A DNA stretch of 64,000 nt, taken from assembly GCA_002633005.1 (NCBI GenBank), contig NMRA01000022.1:381732-445731 (forward strand). Direction: 5' to 3'. The stretch is from Phoronis australis. Lineage: Eukaryota; Animalia; Phoronida. Below the pieces are notes generated by a model. The model was not told where the DNA came from and made no database searches. It was given only the letters and a program-made list of their open reading frames with translations. Positions 1 to 11,468 of this stretch are shown one piece after another. The number at the start of each line of letters is the position of its first letter. The stretch's first letter is position 1. A program made the translations under genes and the position numbers.

Positions 1-196
1 TCGAGCCCCCCGAGCCCCCCCCCGGGTGCGCGCATGGAATCTGTGTATATCGTTGTTGGCGAAAAAATGTACAACGGCAAACCAGAATGATAGGAGGCAT
101 ATTTTTTTACAAGGCTCACTTAAAGGCGAACTCGGTGATGCTATGGATTTTTATTGCTACTGATGCATGTTATTTTTCATCCTATGTTCATTACAG

Positions 197-310
197 AAAC
201 GGTAGAAAGCAGAAAGTGTCATGAAAAGTTCTCTGCCCTTACGACGTTCTACAATGACGGCACTACACACTCGGCATGCTTAGACGCCGCAGCGACTGTT
301 ACCAAATCAG
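197..310 (+). CDS. CAP gene exon (N-terminal region: ETVESRKC...HSACLD...KSG)
   Basis: ttacag acceptor and G|gtaaac donor; its phase-1 end joins exon 880 in frame. Confidence 0.8.
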
Positions 311-3300
311 GTAAACCAGTTAGATTAAATTTTATCCTTGGAAGGGGGAATCCGTTCAAAAACCGGATTCGCCTAATGCACTTGCCGGCAGTTGCCGTGC
401 GTCAAATTCCAGTTAAAAAACCAACGACATCGACCAATCACTTCAGTAGTTATTTGGTCCATAGACTGCTAGTATGACTTCGAACACATGCTCGAGAAAC
501 ACTCGCCCTCTAGGCCTACTCGCGTGAATTTACGACGTCTTCCTCTCGTCACCAGAAACATGGTACACGGAACGCGGTCTATTGATCAGTGCCTAACGTG
601 AGCTTATTTTTTGCGAGTTTGGCGATATCACGCGAGTTTTCGTCCTACATTCGCTGTATTATTTCTCAAACTCAGTAAACTCATGTGTATGGCACTTGAT
701 TCTAGACTACATTTTCACTGTGCAGACATCTAATCGACTAGTGTTGAAGTTGCTTTGGAAGTAAAGAGCATACGCCTGCGAAGAAAGTTTACGTCTTTAC
801 TACCAGAATATGCGCCTCTGTGTTTATGGATTAAATCGGCTTCAGAGAAATGAATCTATGAAGTGAAATATGTTTTCAGGCATCTCAGAGGCTGATAAGA
901 CCTCAATTGTTAACAAACACAACGACTACCGCAGCAGTGTAGCCGCAACGTACAAAGCTGCCAACATGCAGAAGATGGTGAGTAGCACGTGACGCGTTCA
1001 GGAGCCGTACTAATGACTAATGATAGAGACGTCTTACACGCAAAGTATTGTGCGAATGGGATAGCGATCATCTCTAGCACCACCACCAGATGTAGATCTG
1101 TAGAGTTCATTCAATGTGACAACCAGCGGGGGTTTAATTTATCATAGAGAATAAACAGGCAACATTTTTCCAAAATCAATTGGCAGCTTACGTAGAAGAC
1201 GGTCGCCCGAGTGACCTTTCTGTTTGCTGGACAAGACGCATTTCCACAAATCAATTCAATGGGATGCGCACGCACCAATTTCCGCTATCCGTGAATTGGT
1301 CAACGAAATCTAACTCTTATTACTGGTCGCGTAACACCACTGAAGTGGAACTCATATCACGAGAGCAACTCCTTACACTCTCCACAAAACATCTAGCATG
1401 CCCGGCTTTTTCATGTACACAAAACGTACCGTTACCGCAGACAAAATAATGTTTATGTAGTAAGTGTTAATTTTCTTTGAGGATGACAAGAATTATTGTC
1501 GTGTGAAGTGGATTATGATGGCTTATAATTTCGGTCGTCGTTAAACGGTTAATGACAAACCCGAGACACTTTCGCTGGGTACGCAAACACTAAAAATAGT
1601 CCTCAAACATACAGTCGTCTGAAATTCAAGCTTTCAGAGAAATATTTCCAAGCAAAAATTACTTTCCACAGTTATGCGCACACGAATTAGCTGCACGTGG
1701 AATTCATTTTTATTGCGTTTTTTGTGCACGACTTTCAGTACTGGGATGACGAGATAGCAACCATTGCCCAGGTGTACGCGGAGAAGTGTGAATTCAAACA
1801 TGACAAGGGCTGGGCAAGAAGCATTCCAGGTAACATCTACAGAATATAGTTATTGCCCTTCTTCTTCTTGTTATTATTATACTATTAGTACAGAATTTAT
1901 TTAATGGCAAGACTTATAAAAGATATGTTTTCAGAGTCCGCACTGTGCATACATCATACATTATCAAATGCTCGCTGGTTCCCTGAGTGTAGAAATCACA
2001 CGCAGGTACTATTCACGCGCTTTATCATTGGTTGATGTAACCTTGGCAGTCATTGGTTAGCTTTGAAGAAAGAGAAAATGGCGAACTATGAACGATTTTT
2101 AGCCTTGTCATGCAAGTGGCGTAGCACCAACTATTTCGTTTCTGCAGTAATGTTTAACAGCCCCGTGCTTGAAGCACATACATGTACAATAAACACTATA
2201 ATCACAATTTTCTGGGATTCACATTTCTTAAACACCGACTTGTCTGTACAACTGACCACAGTTACACTTCTCCATCAGTGATGCCAGTTTGTTTGCGTAA
2301 AGCGCTACCTGTTGACAATACGATCAGCCAATCAGAAACGCCGGTGTAAAAAATTCCCCGAGGAAAATTAAATGATACCTGCGTGCTCGCTACCACCTAG
2401 CGACACGCAGGGAACCAGCGAGTGTCAAATGCTGCTGCCAGAACTAATAACAGTTGTGCCGACCTCCTACACATATGTGATCATGCAGTTGCCCTGCACG
2501 GATCAATGAGAATCATTTGTGACACAGTATTAAAGATATTTCTACATTAAATCTTTGTCAATCAAACACCAGGGATAATTGAAATAAGTTACAGAATTAC
2601 CTAAAAGTACAGTACGTCACGCGCAAGTCCGACAGAATCAGATTAACATCGACACTTACACAATCATCTGGTATAATTGGAATTATGACATCTTTGTTGA
2701 TATCCCCTACGTATAATATAATTCTTCGTTTATCATTGACTAATTTATAACATACAAAGGCAGGTTATTCTGATCTATGTCCTAGATGAACAAAAACGAT
2801 GTCATAATGAACACGTTATGTTCGATATTAATCGCGCATTGTGTTTCTTTTATTATGTCACACATAATCGTGTGATAGATACCTGCGTCCGTGGACACAC
2901 ATTTTCTAAAGTTAGAAATTCAAAACCATCTCGGAAAACATGTTAGTGAATTAACACAAAATAATTTATTATTGTACATCGTATTAACGAAACCCCGGGC
3001 AATTTGCAATTACAGGAAGATTTGGTCTTGGTCAAAACCTGGCCGCTGGCTATAACGACTGGACGACTGCAATCAAAGGGTGGTATGACGAGATTAAGGA
3101 CTTCACCTATGGGTCGTCAGGAAATGTCTTCAGCAAAATCGGTCACTTCACTCAGGTAATTTTTTGTTGTACACAATTAAATCTTCCTGCGCGTCTGAAG
3201 AAGGATGTACTAGTTCAGATAACTACTTCGTCGTTTAACTGTTTCTTTGTTTACACGAATACATTGCTGAAGGTATACTATTATTTGAAATTTCCACTAA

Positions 3301-6300
3301 AAGATTCACACAGGGACGTGAACGTTAACTTGAATGGGCACTCCCACTTGTGTCTTTTGTCGTCTGCTGCCTTCTTAAAGTACGGGCTCACGAATCAGGC
3401 TGTTGATGGTAACTTTATTGACATCGCAATGCCCGTACGCGAAAACACTGTTATACAAAAACACCTACCGGAAAAGCAAGAGTTATAACTTTTTATCCTG
3501 ATTCTATCACTTACAGGTCACAGCGGCGCCTTCCGCAAAGATTGGATGTGGTTATGCCGAGTGTTCAAACCTGAGCTACAAGAAACTGTACGTGTGCAAC
3601 TACGGAACACCGTGAGTGATTGTTTTTATTTTGTCTCCAAGAAGAGATGAAAGAAAAAATGCACTTTTATGCGTTGTTTACTTGCCGTCAGTTGTGACGG
3701 CAGGTCGGGACTTCTAATCTGACGGGGCTGTTGAAAAAGAATTCACACTATAAGTCAAACGTCTGATCTCCTTTCTTATCTTCCGAGTCGCAATCAGACG
3801 GTAGACCTGTGACAAGAAGACTACAGTTCTATGACGCAATAGGGCCGAATTACACGGCGATAGAACTCTCCTTTGTCCAAGAGATAACAAAGCGCGTGAC
3901 ATTCTCGTGTCTCTCATTAATGTCGGGAAGGCGAAGAATTTCAGATCCTACATCCACGGGTATTTGTCCAGTTTATCAATTTTTCACGTCGGAGTTGCAG
4001 CCCACAGCACAGAAGTAATACATCGTTGGCATTGGAAAGACGAATGGAGTAATGTAACCGAGAAAAACTTGTAAAGAATCAGCTAGACAACAACAAATAA
4101 CATGCGAAATTCCAGTGGCACCAAAACTTGGCAGCAAATGTGCCTGACGAATGTTTATGGCGTTGTGGGTGGAAACAGCGAGATTCGAGTGTCGCTGTGA
4201 AACCCGGGACGGTCGATCCTATTGTGCAGTGTCGCTGTGGTCGCACTTGGTTTGCCGGAATATGAAGGTTTCAGGCATGAATATTACGGTACGCTGATTA
4301 CTCGTAAGACTGATGGAAAGTTTTAGTGAAACCCCGTTTTCTGCGGCTGGTCTGCCTACAAGTACTAAACTACACTATGCCCACTTCTCGATTTCCCTAA
4401 CTAGCATGCGCGCACCCAGCCTTTAATATGGGGGTGGGGGCTCGAATCTCTGACAAAGTGGACCTTTTGCTAACAAAAAAAGCGGGAGGACTAAATAAAA
4501 ACTGTGCGTCTGCGCCTCATTTTAGTGGACTTATGTCTCGTTTTCTCGGAATTTTTGTTTCTCTGAGGCGGACCTTTTTACCCACTTCGCCAAATGGGGG
4601 GTGCTCGTTCGTGCGCCCCGAGCCCCCCTGGGTGCGCGCATGCAGTTTACCCACATTTAGGTCTAAAATGCACGAATTTTTAAAACGAGTGGTTCTTTTC
4701 ACATCGACTTCACACAATAGGGCGGTCCTGGATTACACAGCGACACTTAAATTTCGCAGTATTCACCTGAGTACAATGCTGCAACATTCGTCAAAGCAGG
4801 CCCTATAGTTTCGTTTTCGCGCCATTGGAGTTTGTTATGTTATTGATTGGTTTCTTGCGATTCTTTTTCTACTGCATTAATGGCATTTAACTTTTCAATG
4901 CTAGTGATGTTTTACTGCTGTGCGGTTGCCGGTGGAAACTCCGACGGCAGAATGTTTGATAAACTTAAATATCCATGGATGCGATATCTTCCAACAGTAT
5001 TCCTAGTATCAGACCAATATTTCGAAAACGAGACCTTTGTAACAACGCACTTCCTCCCCCCACCGGTCCTGTAAGTCATCCATCTTGCGCAATCAGTTTT
5101 TTATGCCTCAGAAACGTCGTTAGAATCACTGCAACGACTGATGAAAGTTTTCGCACGTGGCGTGAATGCTGAGCTATCTATCGTGAACTGGAACCTCGTC
5201 TAGTTTTGTAGGTCACCAGACCTCAACAACTGTGAGGAACAAGTGAGGTTACATTGTACATCACAGACTTTTGTCATGAGTTTTGTGTATGAATTCTCTG
5301 CAGGGGTAATGTTGGCTCCGCGGTCAACTCGCCTTGGAAATCTGGTAGCAAAGCATGCGAAGACTGTCCAACTTCCTGTTCAAATAATCTCTGTGGTGAG
5401 TGACGACCTGTAAACGATTTTAAAAAGAACACAACTCCGTTACATCAACACCCATGCTGCAACGGTTGTTATTAGCATTAGTAACACAAAGAAGACAAAA
5501 ACTAACCCACCCGCAAAATATCACTCTTGAGGTTTTAGGCGGCCACTTTGCAACATGAACATGATTTTCTCAGACCAATGCGTTACTAACGCTTGTCTAC
5601 TTACGTTTTGTTTTGAGTTGTCAAACTTGTTCCAAACTTTCGAAGATTTGCCGTGCCCACACTAAAGTATTTTGCTCTCAGCGATTCTACGGGCCCACAT
5701 CTTGCAGCTTTTAACACATTTTAGTTAGTTAAAGGTGTTCACGAGTTTTGCAAAAAAAAAAACGAAAATAAAATCGTTTTGTGGGACCTGTGCAAAATTT
5801 TTATACGAAACTTTACAACCAGGTCAAATGTGTAACGTAGTTTCAACTTCTCGGAATATCTTTTAAAAACACAGTTTGTTTGTCTTTACATGAGATCGTT
5901 TTTGCCATACATTATGCGATGATGGAACGGTTGCACTAACATGTTTTCATCTATTTTGAACAATTTTAGTCGAATATACACTTATCATAGACTACGTGTA
6001 CATCCACACAATTTTTCAAGACTATTTTTGCAAGTATCTTCTTTGTGTAGTTTAAAAGAACTCTGCTTTTACGATAAGTGATGGTCATGTGTTTTCAGCA
6101 GAAACTACTCATTGTCAACCTTTCCAACCGATGCTCCTAATTTCAGTCAGTGTGTCGAATATTAACCACGGTAGTCAAAGTGAAACCTTGCTGTAATGAT
6201 CGAATAATACGTTTATTGAAAACCTGTATTCTTTTACATACACAGTATGGGTTACGCCATCTTGGAATCCTCAATCTCCAGAGGTACCAATAGGTGGCAG

Positions 6301-9300
6301 CACCTTACAGACCGTGCAACATCACACTTGCCAATTTTACACAATAACAAAAACGGATTTTGCGAGTTCCGTGAAACATTACGTTTTTATCTGTAGGGAA
6401 ATTGGTGCGCTTCGGGAAGAACATTTGAAAAAGTCGAACGTTCATGGCCATATCTTCGTATAAATAACAGGAAAGATCAAACAAATGTGATTCCATGGGT
6501 TGCCAACTGGCATTTAAAAATAAGACATGGCCCTAGAAAAAATATTTGAGTACTTAACAAAGTTTAAGTCAATAATACTAACACATTATTTTGCAGATTG
6601 CAAAGGAAAAGTTTGCCTGAATTATGGAACACTTGACGTCAACGCTTGTACGTGCACCTGCGGTACTCCCAAAGCTATGCACGTTGGAGACATTTGTTCG
6701 CGTAAGTTTACACAATAAAATTAATGACTCATGAAAATTATTCTTTGAAGAGCGACCACTCTGATTCTCAAAGTGAAAGTGACCTCCGAATTGGCATTAT
6801 TACTTTTCGAAATTGTGCATTCATTCCGCGTTTGAAGAGTTTCCCTATGGGCTCCAAACTTTAGTAACAACCATGTCAAGAATTGTACGATGCCACTCTT
6901 CGTACCTCAAAATCCAACTGCTGCCTGGTGGCTTAGTAATTGGCCCAGTTATGTTGCACACCCAGCAGAATTAATGAGACATATTGTTGCAACTTAAACG
7001 AACGTTTTATGTCGTAAAAGTCACACTTTTTGTCCAGTTTTCAAAATTCAAAAACCTAATCAGGAGGGATTTTCACGAACTATTCAAATATGCCATTTAC
7101 AAAATTTCAAAACAAAAATTTAAGAAATACTATTATCTCTCCTATGTGTTTACGATGTCCCAAAATAAGCCTGGCAAAAGCATATTCATAAAGTGTTTTC
7201 TGACCATAAGCAAGGTGAATAATCTCACCATTAAGACTTTCGTCAATGACGGGCGATTGACTTCTTCAGAAAGTTAATGGTTGTCTCATTATCTAGAGAA
7301 CGATAACATTAGCAACCTGAGGCGATTTAATTAAGCACAACAGCATGGTGTTTTTGATCAGAACCGAAAGATTATGTGATGCTGCGCAAACCGGCCGAGT
7401 CACCCAATCTCGACCGGTTAGGTTGTCATCATAGGACTCTTTTCATAGGTTTCAGTAGACGTCTCACGTATCGTACATAAGTATATGTCTATGAGCTTTG
7501 ATTTCCTTGAATTGTGCCAAATCCTCTCATCTTGTATTTCCATCTATACCGTTACTACATTAATTAACCTTGTTAATGAAACGGGCCCAAGTGGTCTATT
7601 TGGTTGTGTTGTTTAAAGTGACATTGTCGTATTTATTAACTGGTGGGATAGATTTCTAGAAGTTATTAGCTTTGGCCAGAGCTGCAAAACAATAAAATCC
7701 GTTTTTTGTGATTTTATCCCAAGACGCCAACACCCCTCGCCGATATCTGCAAGACTATAGTTAAGGACGCACAGTTTCATTAAACTGTGAACATGCAAAT
7801 AAAGTACTAATTTGCAAACATCCCCGGGTCCTCCAGTGTGCCGCAAACCGTCCGAGAACCAGTTATCACTACAATCTCGCGAAAGTCTCATTTTGCGAGA
7901 CTATTTTTATGTATACGAGTAGGGTAATATTTCATCGTTACTCTAATGAAACACAGCACATTTTTAATATTTGTTTATTTCACTATCAGATAATGATTGT
8001 GTGAAATTTGGAGGTACTAGGGATTTGTTCATACATGTTTTTTAAATGTGTCAGTTATAGTGTCCGTAGTCCAGTTTTACAATAGTTTCTCTGTATTTGT
8101 CATATTTTTCAGTGGATTGTAGTAAAGGTCCAGATTCGTGCAGCTGGACAAAATCTGACTGCAAGACGTACAGCAACGTACCCTTTCAATGCCCGAATAC
8201 GTGTAGCCACTGCCCATGTAAGTCATTTTAAGTGCCTTTGCTGGCATATTGGACCGAACTGCGCATGCCCAACACTGGCCATTTGCAAAAACCCTGGCCG
8301 CTCGTGCAACTGGTACATTCAACGCTCAAACAGCTAGTTTTATTTCACAAATTCACTCAACCATTATCACCGAAATTTATCATACACGCAAGACATCCAT
8401 CTTTTGCGATATTTCTCCACATTCCAACACGTCCACCGGAAATTCCCGCACATAAACCATAGGCGTAAAGGTAAAATAGTGCATCCATCTCCTGGGAAAA
8501 ATGAAAATGCACCGGACCCAAATATACAAAAATAATGTTCTCTTATTCTATTTTAATGACGTGCCGCTTTTTCTCACATCAAAGACCAGACTTTTTGTCT
8601 AGTGTTTTCTGCCATTCAAACGTGACCGCAGTGATAAGTTCCCTACTGACAAGTCAGTAAAATATTAATTGGCCAGGACCTGTACATGGAAGTAATGACG
8701 CATCTCCAAAAGACGTTATGTTCTTTAGTTCAAAATGACGAAGAACAGCTGATGGGTGAAGAGGCATTTCCTGGGAAAATTTCAACCATGCTGCATTCGG
8801 TACATAAGGAAATGAGCATTATTGTACGTGATTTTCTCTATACTCATTTTAATATTTCCATGTGTCATGGACTGCGCACGAAAGTTCAAGTTCATGCTTT
8901 GGTATAGGCAAAATAAAACTGGCAAAATGGTAAACTTCCCAAGTCCACAGCTCCTACATACAGTATCGCCTCAATTATAAGCCTGACACCAGCAAACTTA
9001 TGCCACTTTTGGGGTATTCTCTCATGGAAGTCAACCTCACTCCATCTCATCTCTCAGTCCACAGACAAAATCGCCTTGTCACTAGGCAGGTCTCCCCTGT
9101 CTAAACCCTACAGTAAAAAGTGTATAAGTCTATACTTGACGTAAAGACTTTTGAAGAGGGCGTAGGCGGCTAGGTCAAAGCTGGTTAGAAAAACAGAGCC
9201 AAGCGCCGTTCATTGCCTGATACGCGAAACCTACTGATATACACGTATGTGTGACACACACTCGTGGGCTTATACCCGAGTAGATACGTTATACATGTAG

Positions 9301-9568
9301 GCCTATACAGATATATTCATGATTTTCTTTCACCCTTGCTCTCTTCTTGTCAGACGGTGGCATAGATTTCAAGTCATCTGTGGTTCCGGAAATGACGACA
9401 TCCTCCTCGTCCGGGTCAGGACACAGTAACCACACAGACGCGACACCTGGAGATCAAACCACACAGAAAGAATCATCTGGGTCAAGAACAACGGTGGACA
9501 TGTCGTTTTTCGGCATTGTGTGGCTGCTCTCTCTGATTCTTAACAACGCATATGGATATTTATTTTGA
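197..9568 (+). CDS. Multi-exon CAP superfamily (CRISP/antigen 5/PR-1) gene: CAP + Cys-rich hinge + EGF-like + ShKT + Ser/Thr stalk + hydrophobic C-terminus; 5'-partial
   Basis: Nine GT-AG exons splice in frame with consistent phases: 197-310, 880-977, 1739-1829, 3016-3155, 3517-3611, 5304-5395, 6597-6701, 8113-8217, 9354-9568. Motifs: HNDYRS, AANMQKMYWD, GQNL, WYDE, GHFTQ, IGCG, YVCNYG, CPNTCSHC. Confidence 0.93.
880..977 (+). CDS. CAP gene exon (ISEADKTSIVNKHNDYRSSVAATYKAANMQKM)
   Basis: ttttcag acceptor, gtgagt donor; HNxxR and ANM motifs of the CAP domain. Confidence 0.93.
1739..1829 (+). CDS. CAP gene exon (YWDDEIATIAQVYAEKCEFKHDKGWARSIPG)
   Basis: tttcag acceptor, gtaaca donor; W-D-x-x-I-A...C-x-F-x-H CAP motif. 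Confidence 0.93.
1971..2423. mobile_element. Non-autonomous TIR element (family B, copy 1) in a CAP intron
   Basis: TIR CTCGCTGGTTCCCTG...CAGGGAACCAGCGAG; the interior aligns by eye with 26719-27329. Confidence 0.85.
3016..3155 (+). CDS. CAP gene exon (RFGLGQNLAAG...WYDEIKDFTYG...IGHFTQ)
   Basis: ttacag acceptor, CAG|gtaatt donor; GQNL, WYDE and GHFTQ motifs. Confidence 0.95.
3517..3611 (+). CDS. CAP gene exon (VTAAPSAKIGCGYAEC...LYVCNYGTP)
   Basis: ttacag acceptor, gtgagt donor; GCG and YVCNY motifs. Confidence 0.95.
4405..4642. mobile_element. MITE with 15-bp TIR CATGCGCGCACCCAG
   Basis: Perfect TIR pair at 4405-4419 / 4628-4642; related copies or fragments at 1-36, about 33178-33365 and 62825-62977. 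Confidence 0.85.
5304..5395 (+). CDS. CAP gene exon (GNVGSAVNSPWKSGSKACEDCPTSCSNNLC), Cys-rich hinge
   Basis: ctgcag acceptor, gtgagt donor; GN...PW..G..C..CP..C...LC hinge typical of CRISPs. Confidence 0.93.
6597..6701 (+). CDS. CAP gene exon, EGF-like module (DCKGKVCLNYGTLDVNACTCTC...GDICS)
   Basis: ttgcag acceptor, gtaagt donor; C-x-N-x-G...CxCxC...G-x-x-C pattern. Confidence 0.9.
8113..8217 (+). CDS. CAP gene exon, ShKT-like six-cysteine domain (DCSKGPDSCSWTKSDCKTYSNVPFQCPNTCSHCP)
   Basis: tttttcag acceptor, gtaagt donor, phase 1-1; six Cys ending in CPxTCxxC. Confidence 0.88.
9354..9568 (+). CDS. CAP gene terminal coding exon: Ser/Thr-rich stalk and hydrophobic tail (FFGIVWLLSLIL)
   Basis: Long pyrimidine tract then tgtcag acceptor; in frame with the previous exon; ends at TGA 9566-9568. 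Confidence 0.85.
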
Positions 9569-9642
9569 AACACCAGGTGCCCATTGAAGTTGGCGTCCAC
9601 AGGAACAATGAGAGCGTCTAAACGATAGATTTTCTCACATCT

Positions 9643-10249
9643 ATGAGCTAAATACAGAATTAGTAGAAACGGTCTGTACTTTCAGGAAATTGGCCAATCA
9701 TAACGCGTTTTCTTTGCAAAGTCTCTCGATCTTCGATATCGCATCTCTGTTTCGGTCACATAGTTTACGACACCGGCGTTTCGCCAGCACGGTCGGCCAT
9801 CTTGTTTTTTTAAATGCGGCACTGTGTATCGAGCCCGAATAATCGTTTTAAAAACGTCTCTGCTTGTTTTTCCATGTTGAGTTAGGACTGTCAAAACGAT
9901 TGCATTTTCTTTAGTGGTGATGCTGGTTATGCCGAAGAAAGTTTTTTTTGTGAAATTTTGTTCTTGGTTCGAAATGATTTAAGAAGTGTTCAAGCATCGT
10001 CGCGACGGCGATCCGAATGTAAGAAAACCTCTGTTGCTACGAAATTTAAAACTTTTGTGTATTTTTCAGTGTTTCCCGTAATGAGTTTATGGATACAACG
10101 TAATATGAGTCAACATATTTTGTAAGCCTATTTGTCACTTACCCGTAATCGCAGATTCAGAGGACTGGCACGTTTGGTGTCCAAATCGGATGTTTGCCAC
10201 ATCGCTCGCTTTTTCACTCTCATTCTCTGTTCTGTATTTAGCTCATTGG
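9643..10249. mobile_element. MITE just downstream of the CAP stop codon
   Basis: 17-bp inverted repeat ATGAGCTAAATACAGAA (9643-9659) / TTCTGTATTTAGCTCAT (10230-10246); flanking direct repeat TCACATCT at 9635-9642 and 10250-10257. Confidence 0.8.
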
Positions 10250-11468
10250 TCACATCTGCATGTTTAGGCAGGTATTTCCTAGCAGTTCATTGGAGGTGTG
10301 GAATTTAGTATCAAACATGTCACACTCGAATTGCACATCAACTATTAATCTGACCACGTCAAAATTACGGTCGTTTGAAGACATATATCTGCTGAAATAA
10401 TACTGCGCATTTAAAAGCATGGAAATCAATCCCTTGAAAAGAACTTATTCACTCTAAAATTTGAAGGTTTACACTGCGGAAATCTTGTGAACTAAGGCAA
10501 CGTATTGGCTCATTGGCTGGCATTAGGCCGGGTCACTGCTAATTATAATATGATGTCATTAGATCAAAACATATGAGCAGATGGCAGGCGTCTTAATTCG
10601 TTGTAGCTCAGAGCTGAAACGTCCATCGATTTTATCCCTGATTACGGGAAATGAAGAAATTCCTAGTATGGGGGCAAAACACTTGTTGAGTGTCACTAGT
10701 GCTGGTACAAATAAAATCAATTTCCCCAGGGGGCATTTCTGGAACCGTGAAGATCTTACGTGGTTATATTTGATCTCTTTTTACCTTTCTATAACAATAG
10801 TGTTGACAAACACGTGAGGTGTGACAATATCCAATCGGAGATGATCAGTCTCTATGCAAAGTACCGACTGTGTTAGAGTTTGGTTGTGAGTTGACCCAAG
10901 AGAACTACATTCGTTTTGATTCTTGACAGACAACTAGGCTAGAAATAATTCTACTCAATACAAATAAACCATCAGCATTGGGGAAAACATACACTCATCA
11001 AAAGTAGTTTTTCATAATAGAGTGTACCATAGAGGACGTTTCTTTTCGGAAAAGACCCTTCTACAGTGCACGAGTTTAGTTAGACAACAGGCGTTTAAAA
11101 GCGGAACTTGCACGTTAATTCCCTGTCCCAATGGTTGCTTGGTCAAATTAGTTAGAAACATGACATAGAGCGACGATGTTCAAAATTGCAAAATGTTTTT
11201 AAGAACGAGTTTTGTGTCGAAAATGATCAGGAGTAAATCGCTCAAACGTGTCCAGTAAGTAACGTGACATGGTGTTGGGAAATAACACTGAATGCTGCGG
11301 GCTATGGGAGCCAAAAATCTACGTCATTGGTGCAAAGGTCACCTATTTGCAGAAGTTTTGTTTTCACATTTACAAGTTGTCAATGAATACAACTGCACTT
11401 TGTTTAGCAAAGGTGATGTTCAAATAGCATAGGCGTTTAGTTCTTGCTATACATTAGCATAGTTATTA

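Noticed and set aside
4975-5172. ORF containing SIRPIF, reminiscent of the human PRC1 tail
   Set aside because: A chance six-residue match inside a CAP intron, on the opposite strand and far from PRC1.
7990-8013. Possible 24-nt phase-1 microexon (HNDCVKFG) in the CAP gene
   Set aside because: Weak donor (gtacta); it would add an extra Cys, and the flanking exons already join in frame.
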